Source: a virus (taxonomy: Duplodnaviria > Caudoviricetes). Taken from it: DNA of 53,796 bases. Both the position numbers and the translations under genes were made by a program. Under the pieces are notes generated by a model. That model ran no database searches. It saw only the letters and a list, made by a program, of their open reading frames with translations, and had not been told where the DNA came from. Shown piece by piece: positions 1 through 7,273 of this stretch. Every line of letters begins with the position of its first letter. Position 1 is the first letter of the stretch. The stretch is taken from positions 1-53,796 of the IMG/VR virus record IMGVR_UViG_3300044820_000029. One strand, written 5' to 3'.

Positions 1-804
1 GTTCGTCCTCGTTTGTCGTACCGATGAAAATATTGCGCCGCGGCCGTTCCGTGACCGCTCGAGCATAAGCCGTGCGGCCCGCGTCGACCTGTCGCGATAG
101 CATCGCCTTCATGTGCGCGGTGTTCGCCGAGCCGCGCATGCCCATTTCCGACACTTCCACGATCGTCTTGCCGGCGAGGCTCAGCACCAGCTCTTTCGTG
201 GCGTCGCCGAACATGATGGAATCGGAAAACCAATCGCTGTCGATCGCGAGCAGGCTGGCGAGGGTCGACTTGCCTGAACCCTGGAAACCGTACAGCACGA
301 CCATGGTGTCATGCTTGCATCCGGGGTGGCGGATCCTGCGCACCATTCCACCAATGATATTCCGCCCGACCGCCTGGTAATACGGCTCGCACGGCAACCC
401 GCAAACACGGGTCAGCCACGTCATCAGGCGGGGCGTGCGGTCCCAAGCCCGTTCAAGGGTGGTGAGCCGATCAAGCGCTGGATCGATCGCATTTTCGTGC
501 GCGATGCTAATCAGCGATTCCCAAAAGAAGTCTTTGCCCGGCCGGAACCGCGTTTTCGTCCGGTTCGCGCGGGTCCGCAGCTTCGCCACGATCGCATCGT
601 CCAGATATGTCCAGTCGCGCCACGTCAAGCCCGGATCGCTGCCACCCTTGACTTCCATCCGATCGAGCCACGCATTCCAGCGCAGTTCGATATCCAGCAC
701 GCCGAGCAGCACCGCCACATTGTCCGAATTGTCAAACTCGGGCAGACCCTTGTTATCATAGATCCAGTCGTCTTGCTTGACGAAATGCCGTTCGACGTTG
801 TCCG
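1..804. repeat. Terminal direct repeat, copy 1 (matches 52993-53796); circular-assembly overlap with a diverged middle
   Basis: Bases 1-127 are identical to 52993-53119 and bases 720-804 are identical to the last 85 bases. The part between is colinear with many substitutions. Confidence 0.95.
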
Positions 805-2074
805 AAATTTGCTTGGCGCGCAGTTTGATTTCGCGCCACGGGAACAGGTGCCCGAGCGTTTCGATCTTGCGGCCGACGGCGGCGAGGGTGTCGGGATAGA
901 CCAGATCAAGGACTGCCATCGCACCGATGATGCGCTTGGCGCGCCACGGCTTCTGTTCGGCGAGCGCGAACGTTTTGGCGATCGCGTCACCCAATACCTT
1001 ATAGAGACCATGCGATTCGAGCGTGGCGGGCAGGGTGGGGAAGTCCGTCAGGTTAGGCCGGGTCGGAAACGTGGCGGTTGAGTTGAGGAAGTCGTCGATG
1101 ATCGGCAAGCCTTGCCTGGTCAATTCCTCTTGCCCGGCGAGCATGGGCATTGACGCCGCTCCAGAAAGAGTAGCGCCGGCCGCTGCGGCGATGTTGGCGA
1201 CCGTGCCGAACATGGATTCCGTCGATCGCCGGACCTGACCTTTCCAGCCCATCATGTGCGCGCGAGCAAGGAAGGTCTGCAGCGTGACGCTGTCGGCGGT
1301 CGGCTCGGTGGCGAAGGATTCCCACTTGGTGGCGATGACGTCGGGGGTCACATCGGGGCGGTGGGTCAGGCTCCAGATGTCCAGCCCGGCGTCGCCGAAT
1401 TCTAGGCGCGCAGCCATACCCGCGCCCATCCAGCTTTCGTAATCGTCGAATGCGTCGCGCTCGGCAAGCCATTGGAACAAGGCTGCGACGTCGTCACGAT
1501 CGCGGGTGCCGATATTGGTGGATGTGGTGGCACGTTGCGCCGGTGCGACCCGCTCCAGCAGCCCGGCCGGCGCCGGATAGGGTGCCGCGTCGTTCATGAG
1601 CAGGTACGGCTTGCCGTCATAGACACTACCAGCCGCGACGACGTATCCGTTCGCCGTGCGGGTGTTGATGTGCTTCCTGATCGCGTCGCGCTGGCGAAGC
1701 GTAGCGGGGTCGACACCTTCCGGCACCGCTACAAGTACGTGCCAACCACCCGACGGGCTTTGGATTTGTGGCTGCAGCACCGGCACGCCCCAATCGGCGC
1801 ACAGATCGCACCACATTTTCCAGGCTTCGTCTCGGGACGTCTTGGTGTCGATGTCGCATATAATCAGATTTGATGGCCCGGCTACCAGTCCGAAATTACA
1901 ACGGTGCTCGGCGTACCATGCAGCCCATTGTGCCGGGTCCTTGCTGTGGTCATGCGCGAAGCTGGAAACGATGCCGGTCGGTGCCTTGCTGCCTGCAGGA
2001 ATCGGAAAGAGTGCGGCGCCGATGCGCGCGTAATAGGCGAGGGCGGACGACACGACAGCGTCGGAATCAATCAT
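1..2074 (-). CDS. Primase-polymerase / PriCT / VirE(VapE)-type helicase, 5' part; continues through the circular junction to 52475 (~863 aa in total)
   Basis: ATG at 2074 overlaps the MTase stop (ATGA). Translation gives MIDSDAVVSSALAYYARIGAALFPIPAGSKAP...CNFGLVAGPSNLIICDID...SPSGGWH (Prim-Pol), then DYESWMGAGMAA (PriCT-2-like), then GFQGSGKS (Walker A). Same frame as 52475..53710. Confidence 0.9.
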   Translation of the reverse strand, partial: MIDSDAVVSSALAYYARIGAALFPIPAGSKAPTGIVSSFAHDHSKDPAQWAAWYAEHRCNFGLVAGPSNLIICDIDTKTSRDEAWKMWCDLCADWGVPVLQPQIQSPSGGWHVLVAVPEGVDPATLRQRDAIRKHINTRTANGYVVAAGSVYDGKPYLLMNDAAPYPAPAGLLERVAPAQRATTSTNIGTRDRDDVAALFQWLAERDAFDDYESWMGAGMAARLEFGDAGLDIWSLTHRPDVTPDVIATKWESFATEPTADSVTLQTFLARAHMMGWKGQVRRSTESMFGTVANIAAAAGATLSGAASMPMLAGQEELTRQGLPIIDDFLNSTATFPTRPNLTDFPTLPATLESHGLYKVLGDAIAKTFALAEQKPWRAKRIIGAMAVLDLVYPDTLAAVGRKIETLGHLFPWREIKLRAKQISDNVERHFVKQDDWIYDNKGLPEFDNSDNVAVLLGVLDIELRWNAWLDRMEVKGGSDPGLTWRDWTYLDDAIVAKLRTRANRTKTRFRPGKDFFWESLISIAHENAIDPALDRLTTLERAWDRTPRLMTWLTRVCGLPCEPYYQAVGRNIIGGMVRRIRHPGCKHDTMVVLYGFQGSGKSTLASLLAIDSDWFSDSIMFGDATKELVLSLAGKTIVEVSEMGMRGSANTAHMKAMLSRQVDAGRTAYARAVTERPRRNIFIGTTNEDE

Positions 2075-2931
2075 TGGGCACTCACACTAAGACGCATGTT
2101 GATCCGGGACTGTAGCGCTGCGAACTTGCCGGCGAGCAGGGCGTTCCGGCGTTGCCATTCGGCAAGGTCGATTACCTTGGACGCCGGCGCCTGAATGCGT
2201 CGCTGGCAAATGGCGAAATAATCAGGATCGCGTTCAATACCGATAAACCGCCGGCCGGTGTTCATCGCGGCGACGCCGGTGGTGCCGCTTCCCATGCAGT
2301 TGTCGAGTACCAGATTGCCCGGATTAGTATATGTCCGGATCAGGTACTCCATCAGCGCGACGGGTTTTTGAGTTGGGTGTTCCGCACCAGAAACGGACGT
2401 GAAGCGCTGAACCTGCGACGGGTAGTTGGTCCATTCTTGAGTGTACGCATCTTTGTGTGAGGGACGATTGCCGAATGCGCTTTCCTCTTTGTGTCGCGGC
2501 GCGTTGCGGCATACCCTAGGTGAATAGATCAACCCTTGCGGATTGTAGGGCATGCGCTTTTTTGACTGCGAAGCGTGCGCTATGACACCTTCCGAGAACA
2601 CGCAAACGTCCTCGTAGTTTTTCAACGGCATGTTTTTGGCGTGTGCGAACCCGCTTGCGTTGCTCTTTTCCCAAATCCAGCAGTATTTGAACATCGGAAG
2701 ATTCGACGCGATTAGTTGCGTGGTGAACGGTTGGCTTGCGGTCAGTACAATCGCTGCATTCGGCTTCGCTATGCGTCGATATTCTCGCCACAACGGTTCG
2801 AACGGAATGAGAGCATCCCAAGAGCAGGCGGTCGTGCTATACGGCAAATCGCATAGGATCAGGTCCACACTACCCGACTGCAGGCGCGGCATGATTTTCA
2901 GGCAATCGCCATTGAACAAAGTCGCGGTCAT
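2071..2931 (-). CDS. DNA amino-methyltransferase (N6A/N4C, beta class), copy 1
   Basis: GDCL, DLPY (motif IV), HPTQKP, VLDNCMGSGTTG (motif I). ATG at 2931. Confidence 0.93.
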   Translation of the reverse strand: MTATLFNGDCLKIMPRLQSGSVDLILCDLPYSTTACSWDALIPFEPLWREYRRIAKPNAAIVLTASQPFTTQLIASNLPMFKYCWIWEKSNASGFAHAKNMPLKNYEDVCVFSEGVIAHASQSKKRMPYNPQGLIYSPRVCRNAPRHKEESAFGNRPSHKDAYTQEWTNYPSQVQRFTSVSGAEHPTQKPVALMEYLIRTYTNPGNLVLDNCMGSGTTGVAAMNTGRRFIGIERDPDYFAICQRRIQAPASKVIDLAEWQRRNALLAGKFAALQSRINMRLSVSAQ

Positions 2932-2933
2932 GC

Positions 2934-3155
2934 TCAAAAACCCGGTGGTTTGATCGGAAAAGCGACAAAGAACGCCGCAGTGATCGCGGCCGATGTGGTC
3001 GGCATAACAGGGCCGTCGACCCAACGCGGACCGCCCTTGCCGGGTAGTTCGACAGCGGCACGCCACGTCCCGGCATGCTCAGTGACCGCAAGCCCGATAT
3101 AACCGGGGCGGTTCAGTGCGATGGCGAGGGGGTGGTTATCCGGCTGGGATGTCAT
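2934..3155 (-). CDS. Hypothetical protein
   Basis: Compact ORF MTSQPDNHPL... directly upstream of the MTase and downstream of a palindromic promoter site. Confidence 0.6.
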   Translation of the reverse strand: MTSQPDNHPLAIALNRPGYIGLAVTEHAGTWRAAVELPGKGGPRWVDGPVMPTTSAAITAAFFVAFPIKPPGF

Positions 3156-3293
3156 CGGACCGCCGAAACTAAAGGCGATCTGGTAAAGAGTCAATTGCAA
3201 AGTTTACTGTCAACCGCAATGACTAAGTATAGATAAGCCAATAACGACAGGCGCAAACTGTAGCGTGGCCTAACGACCGCGCGCAATATTGTT

Positions 3294-3701
3294 TCAACGA
3301 CCCGACGCAGTCGGGCGCCACTTATCGCCTTCTTTTTCCAGCTCGCGGATCAGCCGCTTGTGCAGACCGTCGGTCGGGTCGATTCCCTTTTCGACCAGTT
3401 TGCGGATTGTCTCGGCGAGCGCGCGGGCACGCTTGATGCTCATTTCCGGATAGTCGCCGATCTTGAGATAGGGCCGGGTGCCGTCCGCCTGCCGATACTG
3501 GACGTGGAAAGAGATCAGCCCGGTGTTGCGCACGATTGCGCGATGGTTCTGCACCATTTCGTCAGTCACGGTCACGCGGTCCAGCGGGATCCGTTTTGCT
3601 TTGAGATCATCCGCCAGCTTTTCCAGAGTCGCTTCTGAAAACCGCGGCGGGCCGGGCTTCGCAACAATGGTCGGTTTACGCTTCATGGTCTCATACCTCA
3701 A
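3294..3701 (-). CDS. Stand-alone integrase arm-type DNA-binding domain protein (DUF4102 / Arm-DNA-bind_3-like)
   Basis: IVRNTGLISFHVQYRQADGTRPYLKIGDYPEMSIKRARALAETIRKLVEKGIDP matches the N-terminal domain of P4-family integrases. No catalytic domain follows. Confidence 0.8.
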   Translation of the reverse strand: MRYETMKRKPTIVAKPGPPRFSEATLEKLADDLKAKRIPLDRVTVTDEMVQNHRAIVRNTGLISFHVQYRQADGTRPYLKIGDYPEMSIKRARALAETIRKLVEKGIDPTDGLHKRLIRELEKEGDKWRPTASGR

Positions 3702-3896
3702 AAGTCTAAAGTTGACAGTAAACGACTCGGTGCCACGGAATTAACTTTTAGTCAAGGGTCAATCCTCGTAAAAGTACGAGGCGAAGAAAAATTAAAACGG
3801 CGGTTGACAATCAACCGGAAACGTATAATAAAGACCGTGTTAACCATCCTGCTACCGCTAACGCACCGGCCGGTGCAACAAATTACGGAGACATGC
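3702..3896. promoter_or_regulatory. Divergent AT-rich control region with two palindromes, TTGACA/TATAAT-like hexamers and CtrA-like boxes
   Basis: Palindromes at 3711 and 3803; TTAA-N7-TCAA at 3741-3755; TAAA-N7-TTAACCAT at 3829-3847; RBS GGAG at 3887. Confidence 0.7.
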
Positions 3897-4571
3897 ATGA
3901 CCTTCAAAATCAAAATCGCCCGCGCGCCTTTCGAGGTCGAATTCGAGACGGGCAGTATTTCCGAAGCGATCGGCGCGCTCGAAGCCGAAAATACCAATTT
4001 GGCACGCCTGTTCGCGATCGACCTGTCGGGTGGGTCGGAAGCGGACGAACCGGAACAGGCCGCGCCGACTGTGGCGACCGAAACGGCACCGGCGGCGGCT
4101 GCGGCGGCAGGCAAGGGCCGCGGCCGTCCGCGCAAGAACGTCGAAGCGACTGCGCCCGCGCCGATCCCGACACCCGACGCGCCGCTGGCACCGGTGTTGC
4201 CGACAACCACGCAATCGATCGGCCCGACCCCTGCGACCGTCCTGCCGCCGAATCAGTTGGCGCCGACCGACGGCCTCGCCATCCCGCCGTTCCTGGATCG
4301 CGCCAGCCCGGCCGCGGTGGTCAACCAGCCGCCAGTGCCTGTCGCACCGCCCCCGCCGCCGGCTCCCCCGATCGGCGTGCTCGCGCAGAAGGTGATCGCC
4401 CATATCGAAAAGGCGGCGCCGGACAAGCCGAGTCAGGACGGATGGGTCGCGTGGGTCGCGTCGACCGGTCTGACCATCCCCGGCGCGACGTTCGCCGAGA
4501 CGATCGACTGCCTGCGTTTCATCGACGACACCAAGCTGGCGCCGGTCGCGGCGGCTTTGAGCATCGCGTAA
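3897..4571 (+). CDS. Pro/Ala-rich protein with AT-hook-like motif
   Basis: GGAG RBS, ATG at 3897, GKGRGRPRK motif, long low-complexity linker. First gene of the replication operon. Confidence 0.8.
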   Translation: MTFKIKIARAPFEVEFETGSISEAIGALEAENTNLARLFAIDLSGGSEADEPEQAAPTVATETAPAAAAAAGKGRGRPRKNVEATAPAPIPTPDAPLAPVLPTTTQSIGPTPATVLPPNQLAPTDGLAIPPFLDRASPAAVVNQPPVPVAPPPPPAPPIGVLAQKVIAHIEKAAPDKPSQDGWVAWVASTGLTIPGATFAETIDCLRFIDDTKLAPVAAALSIA

Positions 4572-4590
4572 GGCTGGGAATGAAGGGTAG

Positions 4591-4613
4591 GGCCGGCGCG
4601 TGGTGTGCCGGCC
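4591..4613 (+). terminator. GC-rich hairpin, possible terminator or processing site
   Basis: GGCCGGCGCG-TGG-TGTGCCGGCC inverted repeat just after the 4571 stop; weak U-tract. Confidence 0.4.
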
Positions 4614-4643
4614 TTGGTTGATAGTGAACCGGGAAGGTGACAA

Positions 4644-4940
4644 ATGGATTGGGAACAGAAGTTAGAGGCGTTGAAGGCCCTCGGTGACTGCACGCTGAAC
4701 ATGCGTAAGCCGGGCAATTGGTACGTTTCGCAGCCCGGCGTCGAAATCAAAGAGGGTGATATTTTGTCCGGCGCTTATGGGAACGGTGTTAGCCCAGAAG
4801 TGGCGGTCTGTGACCATTGGCAGAAGCGTGCGCAATTATCCGGCGACAGATACTTGGTGATCGGTGCATCCCGAGAGAATCGCCGCGCCGTTCGGTGGAA
4901 TGGGTTCATGTGGGCCGATGTGACGGAGTCGGACACATGA
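4644..4940 (+). CDS. Hypothetical protein
   Basis: GAAGG RBS; ATGA overlap with the next gene. Confidence 0.75.
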   Translation: MDWEQKLEALKALGDCTLNMRKPGNWYVSQPGVEIKEGDILSGAYGNGVSPEVAVCDHWQKRAQLSGDRYLVIGASRENRRAVRWNGFMWADVTESDT

Positions 4941-5992
4941 CCACACACGTCGATCCAAACCGACAACACGCCGTTTTCGCCCCGTCCAGCGCGCACCGTT
5001 GGATGCATTGCACCGCCAGCGCCGAAGCAATCGCAGCCTTGGGCGAGCAGGAGGAAGGCGACGCGGCGAAGGAAGGCACCGAGGCGCACAACGAACTGGA
5101 AGCGTGCCTCAAAGGCGAACAGGACGGCTCGGACAACTACGGCGTCTCGCTGTTTCTTGATTATTTTCGCCAGCTCGCCCCCGGTCGGCGTTTCATCGAA
5201 CACCGCGTCATGCTGACTCCGCAGATTTGGGGTCGGCTGGATAGCGGAGACTGGAACGAGGAATCTGCAACAGTCACGATCGGCGATCTGAAAAACGGCT
5301 TCGTTGGTGTCGACGCCGAAGAAAACGAACAACTCCGAATTTATGCTGCAGCGCTGATCATGCAGCATAAGTTGCCGGCCCGCTGGATCCGGTACGCCAT
5401 CGTGCAGCCGAACGACTTTCGGCCGGTCCCGCGCGTCAAGCAGTGGATGGAATCGGCGGACAGCCTGCACGCCTTCGCAACCAAGGCCGCGGCGATCCCA
5501 CAAGGTCCGAAGTCGTTCGTCGCCGGCGAGCATTGCAGATACTGCCCGCTGTTCGGCCGCTGCCAAGCCAGTTCGGACTTGATCGCCCAACTCGCCACGG
5601 TGCTGCAGCACGCGCCCGGCGAAGTCCGGCCTGACCAGGTCGCCACGTTCAAGGCACTGGAAAAGCCGATCGCCGATTTCTTTAAAGCGATTGACAAGAT
5701 CAGCACGAAACGCGCGCTCGAGGGCACGACCATCGCCGGTATGAAACTGGTCACGGCGCAGAAGAACCGCGCCTGGACGAACGAAGCCGCGGCCCGTGCC
5801 GCTGTAGTCGAAAAGCTCGGTGTCGGTGTGCTCAAATTGCCGACACCTGCGCAAGCCGAAGCCGAAGGCATGGACGTGTCCGGATTGGCCGATCGGACCG
5901 ACGGCGCCCCGGTGCTTGCATTCGAATCGGACAAGCGGTCGGATTGGAAGGTCCGATCGGTGACGGAAATGTTCTCCAACGTGAAAGGGTAG
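4937..5992 (+). CDS. DUF2800 / Cas4-like PD-(D/E)XK exonuclease
   Basis: APSSAHRWMHC, EGTEAH, WGRLD, DLKNG, NEQLRIYA, GEHCRYCP...C; typical position upstream of SSB and PolA. Confidence 0.88.
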   Translation: MTTHVDPNRQHAVFAPSSAHRWMHCTASAEAIAALGEQEEGDAAKEGTEAHNELEACLKGEQDGSDNYGVSLFLDYFRQLAPGRRFIEHRVMLTPQIWGRLDSGDWNEESATVTIGDLKNGFVGVDAEENEQLRIYAAALIMQHKLPARWIRYAIVQPNDFRPVPRVKQWMESADSLHAFATKAAAIPQGPKSFVAGEHCRYCPLFGRCQASSDLIAQLATVLQHAPGEVRPDQVATFKALEKPIADFFKAIDKISTKRALEGTTIAGMKLVTAQKNRAWTNEAAARAAVVEKLGVGVLKLPTPAQAEAEGMDVSGLADRTDGAPVLAFESDKRSDWKVRSVTEMFSNVKG

Positions 5993-5996
5993 TACG

Positions 5997-6152
5997 ATGG
6001 ATTTCGAGAAACTGGCACAGATTTTCGAAGAAAAGGCACGGTCGATTCACGCGTGGGCACAGTGCGAAGCCGAGTACAAAATCGCGGACGCGCTCAACGA
6101 GTTGGCGCGTGATATCCGCAGCGAAATCGCAAAAACGGAATCCGATGAATGA
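5997..6152 (+). CDS. Small hypothetical protein (51 aa)
   Basis: MDFEKLAQIFEEKAR...; fills the gap with an ATGA overlap to the next ORF. Confidence 0.6.
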   Translation: MDFEKLAQIFEEKARSIHAWAQCEAEYKIADALNELARDIRSEIAKTESDE

Positions 6153-6316
6153 CCACCGCCACCCGCGAACAACTCGAAACCGAACTGGACGAACTGCGCA
6201 AAGCCAACGAAGCCGCGCCGTGCTGGGGCGCTGCGGTCGGTGCCCGGATCGAACGGATTCGGGAGATCAAGTCGGCGCTGCGGCGGCTGGACAGCACAAA
6301 GCCGGTTGACTTTTAA
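6149..6316 (+). CDS. Small hypothetical protein (55 aa)
   Basis: MTTATREQLETELDELRK...; translationally coupled to the previous ORF. Confidence 0.6.
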   Translation: MTTATREQLETELDELRKANEAAPCWGAAVGARIERIREIKSALRRLDSTKPVDF

Positions 6317-6374
6317 TCTCGTTGGTTTACAGTCAACTCCACTTTCCCAACGTGATCCCGAAAGGTAACGAGAC

Positions 6375-7193
6375 ATGGCACACAAGACACAGCGTTCCGA
6401 CACTTTCACCAGCCCGACCATTCGCGGCGCCTATTTCTTCGTCCATGAAAAGCGCAGCAAGGACTCCAAGGGCGCGCTGATCCCGCCCGAAAAGCAGCAA
6501 TACGAATTCGTCGGCATCGTGCCGAAGCTGAACCGCGACCCGTCGCAGTGCGCGAATTACATGCTGTTCGCTAACGCCGCGATGTCAGCGCTCGGCAAAG
6601 TCAGCGAGTGGGGCGGTCAGCTCCCGCCCGGCGGCAACTGGCCGATCAAGGACGGCGACGATCCGGTCAAGGTCGCAAAATATCCGTGGCAGGCCGGCGC
6701 CTGGATCATCAAGTTTACCAGCAATTTCCCGCCCAAGGTGGCAATCCTGCAGAACGGTTCGCCGGTCGAAATCCCGGCCCGTCGGATCGGTGCAACGGAT
6801 GCGTACAAGGGCGGTGACTACATCGTGACGTCGACCAACGCCTTCACCTACGACAACAATTCGAAGGGCGTTAAGTTCAACTTCGAAGGCGTGCTGTTCG
6901 TGGCGGCCGGCGAGGCGATCGGCGCGCAGGCTCGAAGCGTGGACCAGATGTTCGGCGGTGTGGCGGCACCTGTCCAGCCCGGTCCGGCACCGACCTATGC
7001 GCCCAACCCGCCCGGCACGCCGCCGGGTGCTGTTCCGGTCGCTCCGGTCTATGCACCGCCGGCACCGCCGATCGCGCCCGCCATGCCTGCGGCTCCGGTC
7101 TATGCGCCTCCGGTCGGCGCCGGTGGTCCGCCCATGCCGCCGCCGCTTCCCGGTGCGGGTGCGCCCGGCCTGCCGCCGTTTCCGGGGCGGTGA
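6375..7193 (+). CDS. Single-stranded DNA-binding protein (DUF2815 / gp2.5-like) with Pro-rich tail
   Basis: WPIKDGD, AFTYDNNSKGVKFNFEGVLFVAAGEAIG; lies between DUF2800 and PolA. Confidence 0.82.
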   Translation: MAHKTQRSDTFTSPTIRGAYFFVHEKRSKDSKGALIPPEKQQYEFVGIVPKLNRDPSQCANYMLFANAAMSALGKVSEWGGQLPPGGNWPIKDGDDPVKVAKYPWQAGAWIIKFTSNFPPKVAILQNGSPVEIPARRIGATDAYKGGDYIVTSTNAFTYDNNSKGVKFNFEGVLFVAAGEAIGAQARSVDQMFGGVAAPVQPGPAPTYAPNPPGTPPGAVPVAPVYAPPAPPIAPAMPAAPVYAPPVGAGGPPMPPPLPGAGAPGLPPFPGR

Positions 7194-7273
7194 CGTCATC
7201 ACGAACCTGTAGTGCGTACCGCCAGCCGGGGAGCGGGAGAAATCCCCGGCAAAAATTCCTAAAGGGTACGGTT

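Noticed and set aside
1-804. Diverged repeat pair as a diversity-generating retroelement (TR/VR)
   Set aside because: No reverse transcriptase is present, and the changes are mostly synonymous and not adenine-specific.
3215-3293. AT-rich gap after the arm-domain gene as attP
   Set aside because: I could not identify a tRNA-like core or arm repeats, and there is no catalytic integrase.
4937-5992. Cas4-like nuclease as evidence of a CRISPR system
   Set aside because: The DUF2800-SSB-PolA context is a standard phage replication module, and no array or cas1/cas2 is present.
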